DNA of 50,743 nt from an uncultured bacterium (GTDB taxonomy: Bacteria; CAZSTA01). The DNA lies in assembly GCA_964609495.1 (NCBI GenBank), contig CAZSTA010000003.1:1-50743 (forward strand). The letters are read 5' to 3'. The notes beneath the pieces were generated by a model that ran no database searches, was not told the origin of the DNA, and saw nothing but the letters and a program-made list of their open reading frames with translations. Both the position numbers and the translations under genes were made by a program. Each line of letters begins with the position of its first letter. Within the stretch, counting starts at the first letter, position 1. Below are positions 36,774 to 46,704 of this stretch, one piece after another.

Positions 36774-37312
36774 TCCCCATATACGCTCTGGTCGGCCTCT
36801 GCCTCCCAGAATAGATATTTTTTCCATCGGCTATCTACATTCTTGGGAATGTTAGTCATAATATGGAGGTAAGGGATCATACCTGGCTCCCGAGGAGCCT
36901 TTAGAAGCTTCAAGCCAGCTTGCTCAGGAGTCCTATCCCCCTTGATGCTATTACACCTGTGGCAAGCGGCTACTACGTTAGTCCAAGTGTGCTTTCCTCC
37001 TCTCGACAGAGGAATCACATGATCTATGGTCAGGTTAGGGTCCTCCCTCCCACAGTATTGACATCTTCCCCTATCTCTCTTAATTATATTTTTCCTGGTA
37101 AAAGCAAATTCCTTTACCGGTTGCTTAACAAATTGAGAAAGGCGAACAACGTTGGGTAGCCTAATAGTTATAGACGGAGAGTGAATCTCCACACTATCAT
37201 CTTCAACCCGTTCAGCTTTCCCTAAAAATAACATAATGATAGCCCGACGAGCGCTACAGATATGTAATGGCTCATAAGAAGCATTTAATACTAAAACTCG
37301 CCTCTTTAACAC
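36770..37312 (-). CDS. HNH endonuclease (McrA-like, Rv2469c-type)
   Basis: VLVLNASYEPL, RD..RCQYCG, TIDHVIP.SRGG..TWTNVVAAC..CN..KG. Confidence 0.9.
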   Translation of the reverse strand: MLKRRVLVLNASYEPLHICSARRAIIMLFLGKAERVEDDSVEIHSPSITIRLPNVVRLSQFVKQPVKEFAFTRKNIIKRDRGRCQYCGREDPNLTIDHVIPLSRGGKHTWTNVVAACHRCNSIKGDRTPEQAGLKLLKAPREPGMIPYLHIMTNIPKNVDSRWKKYLFWEAEADQSVYGE

Positions 37313-37343
37313 TGGAGAACACTCCTTTAGGGAGATGATTCCT

Positions 37344-38534
37344 TTATATCATCCCTATCTCTTTTCCCGCTTTAGCAAAGGCCTCTAAAGCCTGCTCTAT
37401 GTCCTCATCGCTGTGAGCAGCGGTTACTGTAGCTCTAAGACGGCTGGTATTGGGAGGCACAGCCGGGGGAAGGATATAGCATATAAAAATACCCCTCTGT
37501 TGAAGTTTCTGAGTCATCAATTGCGCTCTTTCATCACTTCTCATCAAGACAGGAATGACAGGAGTCTCACTATTCATAGTATCGAATCCCAACTTCTGCA
37601 ATCCATCTCTGAATAATTTAACATTATGCCACAACTTTTCTCGTCTTTCAGGCTCCTCGTCCATAACCTCAAAAGAGGCAATGGAAGCAGCTACCGCAGC
37701 TGGTGGTAAGCTAGCGGAAAAGATGAAAGCTCTAGCATTATGCTTTAAGTAGTCGATCATATCCTTCTTTCCAGCGATATATCCTCCTATGCTCGGAATG
37801 ATCTTGCTCAGAGTCCCCATTTTAACCTCCACCTCGCCCTCCATTCCGAAGTACTCCTCTATCCCTCGACCATTCTCCCCTAAGATCCCTGAGGAGTGAG
37901 CCTCGTCCACCATCAGCCAAGCATCATATTTTTCAGCTAACTCTTTTACCCTAGGCAGGTTGACTATATCTCCGTCCATACTGAATACAGCATCAACTAC
38001 TACTAATCTGCCAGGCGCATCCTGAGCATCCTTTAAAGCCCTCTCTAATTCATCCGTATCCTTATGCTCGTAGCGGACAAATCGAGCCCTGGATAGCATA
38101 CATCCATCTACTATACTGGCATGATTTAACTTATCGGATATCACCACATCCCCTCGTCCACACAGAGTAGAGATCGTAGCTAAATTAGTCACATAGCCGC
38201 TACTATAGGTTATTGCCGCTTCGGTTCCTTTAAAAGCAGATATCTTCTCCTCCAATTCGATATGCAGATCAGTTGTTCCAGCTAATATTCTAACCCCATG
38301 AGTCCCAGTTCCATATTTTTCGATCGCTTCGGTAGCCGCCCTTGCTATCTTGGGATGCCCCAACAATCCTAAGTAGCTATAGGAGGCAAATATAAGCATT
38401 TGGCGACCGCCTATAGTGACTCTTGGTCCGTCGAGTTCTTCCACTTTCTGAAGATAAAAGTATAAATCTCTCTTCTTTACATCTATCATTCGCTCAATGA
38501 AATTGGCGATTTTCCTCTCATAAGAGTTCATCAC
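37344..38534 (-). CDS. Alpha-oxoamine synthase (BioF/Kbl/serine palmitoyltransferase family)
   Basis: SYLGL, NHASIVDG, FSMDGD, VDEAHS, GTLSK. Confidence 0.88.
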   Translation of the reverse strand: MMNSYERKIANFIERMIDVKKRDLYFYLQKVEELDGPRVTIGGRQMLIFASYSYLGLLGHPKIARAATEAIEKYGTGTHGVRILAGTTDLHIELEEKISAFKGTEAAITYSSGYVTNLATISTLCGRGDVVISDKLNHASIVDGCMLSRARFVRYEHKDTDELERALKDAQDAPGRLVVVDAVFSMDGDIVNLPRVKELAEKYDAWLMVDEAHSSGILGENGRGIEEYFGMEGEVEVKMGTLSKIIPSIGGYIAGKKDMIDYLKHNARAFIFSASLPPAAVAASIASFEVMDEEPERREKLWHNVKLFRDGLQKLGFDTMNSETPVIPVLMRSDERAQLMTQKLQQRGIFICYILPPAVPPNTSRLRATVTAAHSDEDIEQALEAFAKAGKEIGMI

Positions 38535-38589
38535 GTTTCCCCCTGTCCACTTGGTAGAAGCACTTTATCTACTTCTTCTCCTAATTGGG

Positions 38590-38618
38590 ATTATAACACA
38601 GCTAAAGCCCTTTGTCAA
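38590..38618 (-). promoter_or_regulatory. sigma70 promoter
   Basis: TTGACA-17 bp-TATAAT with extended TG. Confidence 0.72.
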
Positions 38619-38692
38619 TATCAATTCTTTTGGAGTTCCAGCGGATAAAATTATCGGTTACAAAACTGTGAATAAGTTCATAGTTTCAATTT

Positions 38693-38813
38693 AAATCACC
38701 CTCCCCTAACCCCTCCCATCAAGAGAGGGGAAGATAAAAAGAGCGAGCAGTTCTATCAAGAAACCCTCTCCCGCGAGGGGAGAGGGATAGGGTGAGGGGG
38801 AATTATGTCTTGA
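38693..38813. repeat. REP-like element, copy B
   Basis: AAATCACCCTCCCCTAACCCCTCCCATCAAG ... CCCTCTCCCGCGAGGGGAGAGGGATAGGGTGAGGGGG. Confidence 0.8.
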
Positions 38814-39009
38814 CTATAAGAATTAAATTATCACAAAATTTTACTCACTCGGCTACTTTACCACCTAACAGTTAGATTAAAATTTGATATAAATAGGCAA
38901 GAAGAAGTTTTTATGTTTTTAAGGGAGGTGATCGAGGGATAGTTTTTATCAACTTATCTAGGTCGAAGGATAGATATAAAATCTACAAGGAGGGAATTTT
39001 ATGAAAAAG

Positions 39010-39041
39010 AAAACTCCTGCTTTTAGGCAGGGGTAGCACAC
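39010..39041 (+). mobile_element. Isolated IS200/IS605-family end hairpin
   Basis: AAACTCCTGCTTTTAGGCAGGGGTAGCACAC; same architecture as the IscB element end at 430-461. Confidence 0.55.
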
Positions 39042-39140
39042 AGAAGATAGGAGATCAAGGACAACGATGCTATTAAACTATAAATATAGATTGTATTCTA
39101 TGAACGTAATAAGACTTCTATTACCTGTTATCAGCAGATA

Positions 39141-39224
39141 ATGACTATTCCGGTAGTGATTCTATTTTTCGCTGCGCAGAAGTATTTCATTAGAGGGATT
39201 GTGCTGACTGGGATTAAGGGCTAG
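39141..39224 (+). pseudogene. C-terminal remnant of a carbohydrate ABC permease (MalG-like)
   Basis: [27 protein letters not shown] matches the typical C-terminus of CUT1 permeases. Confidence 0.7.
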
Positions 39225-40239
39225 TCAGAGAGGTTGCTATCTTCTTTAGCTCCTTAGGGGAAATATCACTTACCAAGATATAATTTATGTCCTTGCTTTT
39301 CCCCTTGAGGAGCTGAAGCTTAAGTTCCCCAAGGGAGTCGTCAGTAGGTATTGCCACCTTGGGTTCTCTTCCGAGGAAGGAGGGAAAGGCTATCCTTTTT
39401 ATCGGCCATTCGAAGAGCGAGACGGTGCTCATTCCATTGGTGTATTTTAGATGTAATATAGCTCTATCCTTAACTTTTAGCAAACTGGCTCCTCGAAAGA
39501 TATATCCCTCGGGGATGTAGGTGGGTATCACAAATTTGAACTTGATGTTTTTCTCGATATCCGCCAATGATTTAAACTCCCTCTCTGGAGCTTCCGCAAT
39601 GATATCGATATGGGGAGGCGCTTTGAATTTAAAGAGAGTTTCATCCAAGGGAGAGGAGAAATTTATTTCCGCATAGTAGGATAAGGATATAAGTTTCCCT
39701 TTAGGAGCATAGCGCTCAGTTTTTAAGGTTAATCCATACTCTTTATCTATCCAAATCTTCTTGGAATTCCCAGCTCCACTTTTTGGCTTCAGGTGTATAA
39801 CATAGGTCTTTCGATCAGCTATCTCATCCCCAGCGCTGAAATTAACCTCGTAATTCTCAAGGAGTAGAGCTAGATCGGATTTAAATTTTTCCTTCTCCAA
39901 TTCCAGTCTTGGAGCTAGACGAGTAAAGACTTTTCTGAGATGGGGCTCATATCTCCAGATGGTAGTTCCATCGTTGATGGTGGTTCGACCGGCTAGGGGA
40001 GGTGGAGATAGAAATTCTCTTCTGCTTTTATCCCCCATCTGATACACCTTGGATGTTATCTCTCTCGGCTGTCTGGGTCCTAAGATCACATTGATCTGCT
40101 CTCCTATATAATTTATCTTCCCCAGAGAATCGATCATTAATTTTATTATTGGAGGAGGGAGCGTGTTATCCTCGGCATAAGTTGATGAGTAACTGGGAAG
40201 AAGAAGGAGAATAACTAGCCATATAGTTAGCGATCTCAT
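39214..40239 (-). CDS. MucB/RseB-like (LolA-fold) sigma-E regulatory protein
   Basis: Signal peptide, [47 protein letters not shown]. Confidence 0.75.
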   Translation of the reverse strand: MRSLTIWLVILLLLPSYSSTYAEDNTLPPPIIKLMIDSLGKINYIGEQINVILGPRQPREITSKVYQMGDKSRREFLSPPPLAGRTTINDGTTIWRYEPHLRKVFTRLAPRLELEKEKFKSDLALLLENYEVNFSAGDEIADRKTYVIHLKPKSGAGNSKKIWIDKEYGLTLKTERYAPKGKLISLSYYAEINFSSPLDETLFKFKAPPHIDIIAEAPEREFKSLADIEKNIKFKFVIPTYIPEGYIFRGASLLKVKDRAILHLKYTNGMSTVSLFEWPIKRIAFPSFLGREPKVAIPTDDSLGELKLQLLKGKSKDINYILVSDISPKELKKIATSLTSP

Positions 40240-40347
40240 AGCTATTCTACAGTTCGGAAACCCCCGTAATATGCTCCAGCGTAACCGAATTTTTAATTAT
40301 GGGGGAGGAGAACTGCCCTCCTTTGTAAATTTTTTCACCTTTAGAAT

Positions 40348-40800
40348 CTATTGAGTCTCGATATCGAGGATATCTCCAACCCAAGAGGCTTCCTCAGAGA
40401 AGGGTTGACTTGCGGTGAATAGTATATGTTTTTCGACCAGATAATCAGCATTTACTACCTCTTGTTTAGGAAGTAAGAAGTCATTTATAATAAACCCGAT
40501 AGCGATCAGTAAGATCACGGCCGCTATAGCTGGTATGGGATGTCTCAACATCCGAGAGAATATATTGGGAGATCTCGCCTTCTCCCTCTCCAGCCTCTTC
40601 ACTAATTTGGGCCAAAATTCAGGTGATAATCTCTCATCATCAATTGATTTGACAACAGCTACTAGCTGATTCAACTCCTCATATTCCTGGGCACAGCTAG
40701 AGCAGATCTTGAGATGATCCTCTATCTTTTGCCTCTCTCTTTCCCTTAATTCCCCATCCAGATAAGCCGACATAAGTTTTTGAACTTTTGCACATCTCAT
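40348..40800 (-). CDS. Zinc-finger (ZAS) anti-sigma factor with one TM helix
   Basis: SAYLDGEL...HLKICSSC (HxxxCxxC). Confidence 0.88.
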   Translation of the reverse strand: MRCAKVQKLMSAYLDGELRERERQKIEDHLKICSSCAQEYEELNQLVAVVKSIDDERLSPEFWPKLVKRLEREKARSPNIFSRMLRHPIPAIAAVILLIAIGFIINDFLLPKQEVVNADYLVEKHILFTASQPFSEEASWVGDILDIETQ

Positions 40801-40818
40801 ATCAGATCACCGAACCCT

Positions 40819-41469
40819 CTATATATCCGATTCGCTCAAAAGGGACTTAAGGCGCATCCTAGCTTTATGCAGACAAGACTTAGTTGTTCCCATTGGGCAG
40901 TTGAATATATCCGATATCTCCCGATAGGAAAAACCTTGAAGATCGTGAAGGATAATTACTATTCGATATTTATAGGAGAGCTTGCTTATCGCCTTTTGAA
41001 CTCTCTCTTTTAGTTCGTTACTCTCCCTGATCTCCTCGGGATCGATTAGATCGGGGGAGGAGGCTTCATTCGACATCACCCTCTGAGTATCTTTATACCA
41101 ATCCTCTCTAAATTCCCAATCTTTATTTGAATTACCTCTCTTATTTTTTTTACGCCAAGCATCGATGCACATATTGACTGTCACTCTATATAACCAGGTG
41201 GAGAAGGTCGATCTTTGTTTAAATTTCTTGAGCGATTTGAAGACCTTGATGAATACCTCTTGAGTCAGGTCCTCAGCCTCCTCATAGTTATCGATCATTC
41301 GATAGATGATGTTGAAAACTCGATCCTGGTGGCGATTCACTATATCCTCGAAAGCCGATTTATCCCCATTTTTAAAAAGGCGGACTAATTGAAGGTCTAT
41401 ATCTTCTTCCCTTGCCATACTCTTTCTGAGGCTTATAGCTATGCTCCTCAAGTTCGACTCGCTCCTCAA
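40819..41469 (-). CDS. ECF RNA polymerase sigma factor (RpoE/SigW-like)
   Basis: AEDLTQEVF, STFSTWLYRV, SYREIS...GTTKSCL; true start may be 41418. Confidence 0.92.
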   Translation of the reverse strand: MRSESNLRSIAISLRKSMAREEDIDLQLVRLFKNGDKSAFEDIVNRHQDRVFNIIYRMIDNYEEAEDLTQEVFIKVFKSLKKFKQRSTFSTWLYRVTVNMCIDAWRKKNKRGNSNKDWEFREDWYKDTQRVMSNEASSPDLIDPEEIRESNELKERVQKAISKLSYKYRIVIILHDLQGFSYREISDIFNCPMGTTKSCLHKARMRLKSLLSESDI

Positions 41470-41514
41470 GGTTTGATCGAATGCGGTTGAGCAATAGTTT
41501 CCTTCTACTATAGA

Positions 41515-41543
41515 TAGACGAAAGAAAAGGCATAAATGTTTAC
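41515..41543 (-). promoter_or_regulatory. Putative ECF-sigma autoregulatory promoter
   Basis: GTAAAC-17 bp-CGTCTA directly upstream of the sigma gene. Confidence 0.5.
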
Positions 41544-41679
41544 TTTAACTGAGGGATGGGCGCAAATATTTCTAATTGCTGTCGTAGAGCAGACTTGAAT
41601 CAGACAAGATGATAAGGCTATAGTTTGATAAGATGGTTATAGAGAGATTCTTTGTCGAATTATGCCTGTCCTCGGTTAA

Positions 41680-42789
41680 CTACCTCTTCATACTCTCAGC
41701 TAAGATCAACTCTAGTTCTCCTCGATTGCTCTCTGGATCATAGTAACAATCCAAGATCCTATCATGAGGTAGAGAACTGATCCTCTCGTTCATTATATTC
41801 AGAACCTTGAAGTTGATCTCGATGGCTTTCTGCACCGGCATCCTCTCAGGATTAATATCTATCCCGAAGTATCCAGTATAGCCGATCATCTTTAGAACGT
41901 AGAGGGTGGCTTCAGCCTGTTGCCATTCCACTACCCCTGTATTCAAGTCCTGATCATAATTGCCTAAGGGTTGGCTGTTCCAGTGAGTATGCGCTAATCT
42001 TCCCTCCCTGGCTACTCTGCTGAAGGCGTAAGGGGTATCCTCAAATCCCATCCTTACATGTCCAATCTCTGGATTGAGCCCTACTAGACGATGTCCCTCC
42101 TCCAGCCACTTCTTGTTTTCTGGATTAGTCAATCGCGCCTCTACATCCTTCGCCATGATTATCCCATCAGCAGTAGTCCGATAGATATTATTGGGAGCAG
42201 GCTCATAAGGTTTTGGCTCTATGGCAACGCGAACTCCTGGCACCTCATCCATAGCCTCGGCTAAACCGGCCTCGAAGCGATCCCACATCTCATAGTATAG
42301 CGTCCCCATAGAGTAGGTATAACCATCGATCCCGGGCCAGACAACCGCCATATCCGCTTCCGCCTCTTTGACCAGTTTGAGAGCTTTGACCGTCCTATCG
42401 AAAGCTTTCTGGCGATACTTCTCTATCGGGTTGGAGAGGGAGCCAAATTCAAACTCCTTGTCGAAGAAGATGAAGGGGGGAATCAATACTAAACGAATCC
42501 CAGTCTCCTCCTCCAACTTCTTATAAAGAGGTAGATTCTCCTCATTCACCTCGTTTGGATAGTGAGCCTCGATCCCTTTAACCCCATATTTAGTGAACTC
42601 CGCGGCGATCTCCAGCCTCTCAGCGATCGTCATCTCCTTCACATAGCGATCGTGAAATCTTCCTCCTGCGGGAGAGAAGTACCAAACCCCAACTGAGAGC
42701 TTAAGATCTAGATTGAAGGTATTAAGTTGCTCAAGTAATTCCTCCTTTATCCGTCTTTTCTGTTGATAGCGCAGATCAACCAGTGCCAT
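41680..42789 (-). CDS. Xylose/L-rhamnose isomerase-family TIM barrel
   Basis: VWYF..GGRF, WPGIDG, IEPKPYEP, NPEIGH, HWN..YDQDL. Confidence 0.82.
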   Translation of the reverse strand: MALVDLRYQQKRRIKEELLEQLNTFNLDLKLSVGVWYFSPAGGRFHDRYVKEMTIAERLEIAAEFTKYGVKGIEAHYPNEVNEENLPLYKKLEEETGIRLVLIPPFIFFDKEFEFGSLSNPIEKYRQKAFDRTVKALKLVKEAEADMAVVWPGIDGYTYSMGTLYYEMWDRFEAGLAEAMDEVPGVRVAIEPKPYEPAPNNIYRTTADGIIMAKDVEARLTNPENKKWLEEGHRLVGLNPEIGHVRMGFEDTPYAFSRVAREGRLAHTHWNSQPLGNYDQDLNTGVVEWQQAEATLYVLKMIGYTGYFGIDINPERMPVQKAIEINFKVLNIMNERISSLPHDRILDCYYDPESNRGELELILAESMKR

Positions 42790-42930
42790 TATTCATCCTC
42801 CTTTTATAAAGAAAATGTGAATCTAAGGAGCATCTGCCGCATTACTTTATATCTTTTCCCCTAGATCACCCTTCACCTCTTATCTTGATTAGGACGAAGA
42901 TCGCTCCCAAGATCGAGCTTATAGCAGGAC

Positions 42931-44613
42931 TCATCTCCTCATCTCCCCTCCCTTAATTCTCCCCTCAAAATCCCTCTTTATCAGTCTCCAATATCTTCTC
43001 AATTTGTTAACCTCCTCCTTTTCCAATTCGTGCTCTCCATAGCGAGTCTCAACGAATCCCTCCGTCAAAGGGGCTATCTCATCTTTATATTCAGGAAAGG
43101 CATCTTTGAAATCCTCGGAATATTCATTAGGGGTTCTACTCCTAATTCGTGGGCATCCCAGCATAGTCGATAGTTTGATTAAAGTCAGATATATCTCAGT
43201 TATGAAAATAGCTTCAGCAGATAGTTGCTTGGATTTACCCACTCTAGCCGAAGGGGTGTATCTACCTCCAGCTGCTCCTTCCTTTGCGGCTCTTTTCTCC
43301 CTCTGGGCTTCCTTTATGGAGATGAACAGTTCCGCTATTCTCTCTAACAGTCTTGATATCGCTCGCCAGATTAGAACGACATAGCGACCGATAATCATAA
43401 AAATTCTGCCCAGCAGAGTCTTTTTAAAGCCCCTACTCTTAAACATAGGATATAAGGCGTAAGCGATCGCCATAAGGATCGCGGCCAGCATAAGAGCCCA
43501 CTTGACCGTTTCCCACCAAGGAAATGATATAGGTTGACCAGACGGGGGAGGGGAAAAATCTGGTCCTCTTGGCATTCCTCCCAGCTTCTTACTCAATTCT
43601 CTCATTGTTTCCATATCCGGTGCGAAGCCCTTACCAGCGAAAAGAGAAGCGATGAGGCTAATTAACCATATTACTCCCGCGATAAACCTATCCCATGATA
43701 GAGGAGAAAAGTTAGTTGGAAGTAGGAGGATTATTACGAATATCACGAGAATAGCTCCTAAACTCGTTACTATCCAGGAAGAGGACATCTCTTCAGAGAA
43801 GGTTATCTCCTCCCGATGCCAATCTATCTTTCGTCTAAGATAGTGCGCTCTGCTTACTAAAGTTAGACCTGCTATATAGTAGAGGGATCCTCCTATCAGA
43901 GCATAGCGATATCCTGGTGGCATTCCCGTAACCTTCAACCTAACTTGCCAGGTTACTATCATTGCCAGTATCAGCAGGACTCCCATCGAGAAGAAGCGAG
44001 AGGTTATCGCCCTCAGCAGTCTAGTAGCAGGGATAAACTTCACATTTGCCGCCAGCCATCGCTTAAATTCAGGGGAATTGGCAGGGGGAGCATAGCGATC
44101 AGGAGTTAATTGGAGAGATAATATATCTTCCATATAGAGATTGCTCAACCACCAGGGGAGGAGAAAGAGCAAGCTATTGATTATATAAGGGAGGGGGAAT
44201 AGAGCCTTAGCACTTTTCAGAGAGAGGATGATCTCCTCCAGACTTATCCCCGGAGAGCCAGAGAAGAAATAGGTCAAGATTCTTAGGAAGAGCAAAATTA
44301 GTATTAACTCCCTTATTCGATAGGGGGCCGATGATTCTCGCCGATGAGCGTAGGTATATCTAGTGTAGAATACACTTTCAATTACTAAGAAGATAACGAA
44401 TAGATAGTAACCAGGAAAGATGGGAGAGGAAGGATATATTATCTTAGCTAGCTCCACTAAAGCCACGATTAAACCAGTCAACATCGTTGTTATGGCCATA
44501 GGTTGGAAGAGATCTCTATCCCAATCTGGTTTCCACGATTCCTCCTCGCCTTCAGAGGTAGGAAGAGATTGCTCTTCTCCCTTATATTTTTCTTTCGGTT
44601 GCTCTCCAGACAT
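42931..44613 (-). CDS. Multi-TM protein with C-terminal DUF4129
   Basis: Many TM segments; C-terminal SRTPNEY...LT..F...RYG. Confidence 0.75.
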   Translation of the reverse strand: MSGEQPKEKYKGEEQSLPTSEGEEESWKPDWDRDLFQPMAITTMLTGLIVALVELAKIIYPSSPIFPGYYLFVIFLVIESVFYTRYTYAHRRESSAPYRIRELILILLFLRILTYFFSGSPGISLEEIILSLKSAKALFPLPYIINSLLFLLPWWLSNLYMEDILSLQLTPDRYAPPANSPEFKRWLAANVKFIPATRLLRAITSRFFSMGVLLILAMIVTWQVRLKVTGMPPGYRYALIGGSLYYIAGLTLVSRAHYLRRKIDWHREEITFSEEMSSSWIVTSLGAILVIFVIILLLPTNFSPLSWDRFIAGVIWLISLIASLFAGKGFAPDMETMRELSKKLGGMPRGPDFSPPPSGQPISFPWWETVKWALMLAAILMAIAYALYPMFKSRGFKKTLLGRIFMIIGRYVVLIWRAISRLLERIAELFISIKEAQREKRAAKEGAAGGRYTPSARVGKSKQLSAEAIFITEIYLTLIKLSTMLGCPRIRSRTPNEYSEDFKDAFPEYKDEIAPLTEGFVETRYGEHELEKEEVNKLRRYWRLIKRDFEGRIKGGEMRR

Positions 44614-45799
44614 TTAAATCCTCGCTTTCCTTTATGTGATATATCACTATACCCTGTTCGGCATATTTTTCCTTCTCTTCAATCTGCTTGAAACTGTCGC
44701 ATACTAAGATCAAAACGATGTTATATCCTGCATTTCTAAATCCTAATAGTTGCGAGATCAACTCATCACTGAAGATTGGAGTGATCAGGATGAGAGTTGT
44801 TCCCCAGGGAAGATGAACTCGCTCCGTACCTATCATCTGCTCGAAAGGAGATTTGGGTTTAGAAGCTACCTTGATCCTAGCTAGTAGATCTAGGATACGC
44901 ATCAAGTGAAGATGTCCCTTATTCGGAAGGATTGAGGAGGGGCCTGTGCTTTCCAGCTCAGCTAAGGGATCGAGCCCATTGGTCATCAAGCCAACCTCCT
45001 GCTTAAGGCGATAGATATGATGAGAGATGGAAGCCGCGACAACTATCGCTAGCTCCGAGTAATATACTGAGTGCGGGAGATCCTTATAATCATTTATATC
45101 AAGATTGAGAAAGATAACAGTCCCCAAGGACATGGTGGGTTCGAACTTCCTCACTTGAAGTTTACCAGTCCGAGCAGTCGCCTTCCAATGAATACGATTA
45201 TAGCTATCGCTGGGAATATACTCCCTGATTCCGTGAAAGCGGGAGGGATCTTCATAGATGGGAGTATAGGTCTTAATCGTCCCAAAGGGCTGCCTAGAGG
45301 GGATACCTAATCTCTCAAGGGGTATTATTCGAGGATAGACGATGATCGTTTTCTCCTCCGCATCCCTCCTGCTCCAGGGATGAAAACCAAAGATGTCGCT
45401 TGATTCGAGATCCAATGGGCCAAGCGTGTAATATCCTCGATATCGCCCGGTTAATTTATAGGATAGAGTCGCTTCGCTTTTAGGAGAGACGCTGATCACC
45501 TGACGGAAGAACCCCGGAGCCAGAAGCTGATATGGATATCTATCATGGAGCTTTAACCAGGGGAGGGGTAGAATAGTATTGTTTTTCACATTGATTTTGA
45601 TCTCCATGCTCTCGCCTAAGAATAGGCGATCATCGCTCAGCACCTTCTGGCAGATAGTCCCCTTTTGATTCTGCTCGCTCCATATTCGAGCGAAGAAGTA
45701 GAGACCCGCAAAGAGATATAGACTGTAATAGAGGAAACTAACTTTGAAGAATAGAGTAGCTAAAGCGACTATGATTATGAACAGCGGCCAATGTTTCAT
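44582..45799 (-). CDS. DUF58 family protein
   Basis: RGYY.LGP, IVYP, GIREYIPSD..RIHWKATAR; AGGAGG RBS. Confidence 0.88.
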   Translation of the reverse strand: MKHWPLFIIIVALATLFFKVSFLYYSLYLFAGLYFFARIWSEQNQKGTICQKVLSDDRLFLGESMEIKINVKNNTILPLPWLKLHDRYPYQLLAPGFFRQVISVSPKSEATLSYKLTGRYRGYYTLGPLDLESSDIFGFHPWSRRDAEEKTIIVYPRIIPLERLGIPSRQPFGTIKTYTPIYEDPSRFHGIREYIPSDSYNRIHWKATARTGKLQVRKFEPTMSLGTVIFLNLDINDYKDLPHSVYYSELAIVVAASISHHIYRLKQEVGLMTNGLDPLAELESTGPSSILPNKGHLHLMRILDLLARIKVASKPKSPFEQMIGTERVHLPWGTTLILITPIFSDELISQLLGFRNAGYNIVLILVCDSFKQIEEKEKYAEQGIVIYHIKESEDLNVWRATERKI

Positions 45800-45838
45800 A
45801 TTACCTCCTTTTCTCATCTCAAGAGAGCTTCATTTATG

Positions 45839-45953
45839 ATTATACTCTAAACTATAATCTCAGTCAAGTATTTTCGTCCGATAATATCTTGGTAAGAAGT
45901 AAAAAAATATATCTTCGATTTTTATTGACGCTTATAAACCTGTATGTTATAAT
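45839..45953. promoter_or_regulatory. Divergent sigma70 promoters
   Basis: Minus strand TTGACT-17-TATAAT (45867-45839); plus strand TTGACG-17-TATAAT (45925-45953). Confidence 0.6.
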
Positions 45954-45991
45954 AAACATAGTCGTCTTATACCTTAGGGAGGTGATTTCTT

Positions 45992-46690
45992 ATGCTCAAA
46001 AGAGTTACTCTATTTATTCTAATCCTAACTTTACTCCTATTAGTAGCTTCGGGAGCCTTCGGGGAAGATGGGACCACTGGGCTTCAATTGCTCTGGGAAA
46101 GATCTCTAATGAACCTACCATGGCAGCCGGTCCCTGGTTGGCCCTCCTATACTAACCCTAATCCTATTTGGAGCATTAACTATCCCCCAGGCTGGCAGAT
46201 ACAACAAGATCAAACGGGAATCGTTTACTTTAGCGATTCTACTCAAAGTTACTTCTTTATGGTAGGCTTCGGTCTTGTTTGGCAGTTGCTAGATAAAGCA
46301 CAATTCACAAACTTAATTATTCAGAACATGGCAGGGGGAGCCTCAGTTCAAATCCTTATGCACAATCAGGTCCCTTTACCACCTATACTTCAGATGGAGC
46401 CAATCGATTTCATAGGTTTCTCCTGGACAGACCAGCAAGGGGTAAAACACACTGGAGTATTAAGCGTTTGGTTTGTTATGCCTTCTCCTATGGTGGGTAG
46501 CACCCACTTCGGCTTTATGGCGGCTTTAAGTTCAGCCTCCGCCTTCGATGAATATGCTACCTCCGTTGTAGCTCCGATGGCAACCTCCTTCCTAGCTCCT
46601 AAATCCGGTGGAGGGGAAGAGGAAGATAGGGATGGAGACGAGGTGCCAGATAGTGAAGATAATTATCCCGATGACCCCGAGAGATGGTGA
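45992..46690 (+). CDS. Secreted hypothetical protein, PsbP-like N-terminal motif and acidic Ca-binding-like tail
   Basis: Signal peptide ending AFG; WSINYPPGW; DRDGDEVPDSEDNYPDDP tail. Confidence 0.7.
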   Translation: MLKRVTLFILILTLLLLVASGAFGEDGTTGLQLLWERSLMNLPWQPVPGWPSYTNPNPIWSINYPPGWQIQQDQTGIVYFSDSTQSYFFMVGFGLVWQLLDKAQFTNLIIQNMAGGASVQILMHNQVPLPPILQMEPIDFIGFSWTDQQGVKHTGVLSVWFVMPSPMVGSTHFGFMAALSSASAFDEYATSVVAPMATSFLAPKSGGGEEEDRDGDEVPDSEDNYPDDPERW

Positions 46691-46704
46691 GGATGGCTGT
46701 TTGC

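Noticed and set aside
36770-37312. HNH nuclease as a possible RNA-guided effector
   Set aside because: Ordinary short McrA-like family with no RuvC and no adjacent array or ncRNA
41577-41663. Imperfect long hairpin between the isomerase and sigma genes
   Set aside because: Pairing is patchy and matches no RNA family I recognise
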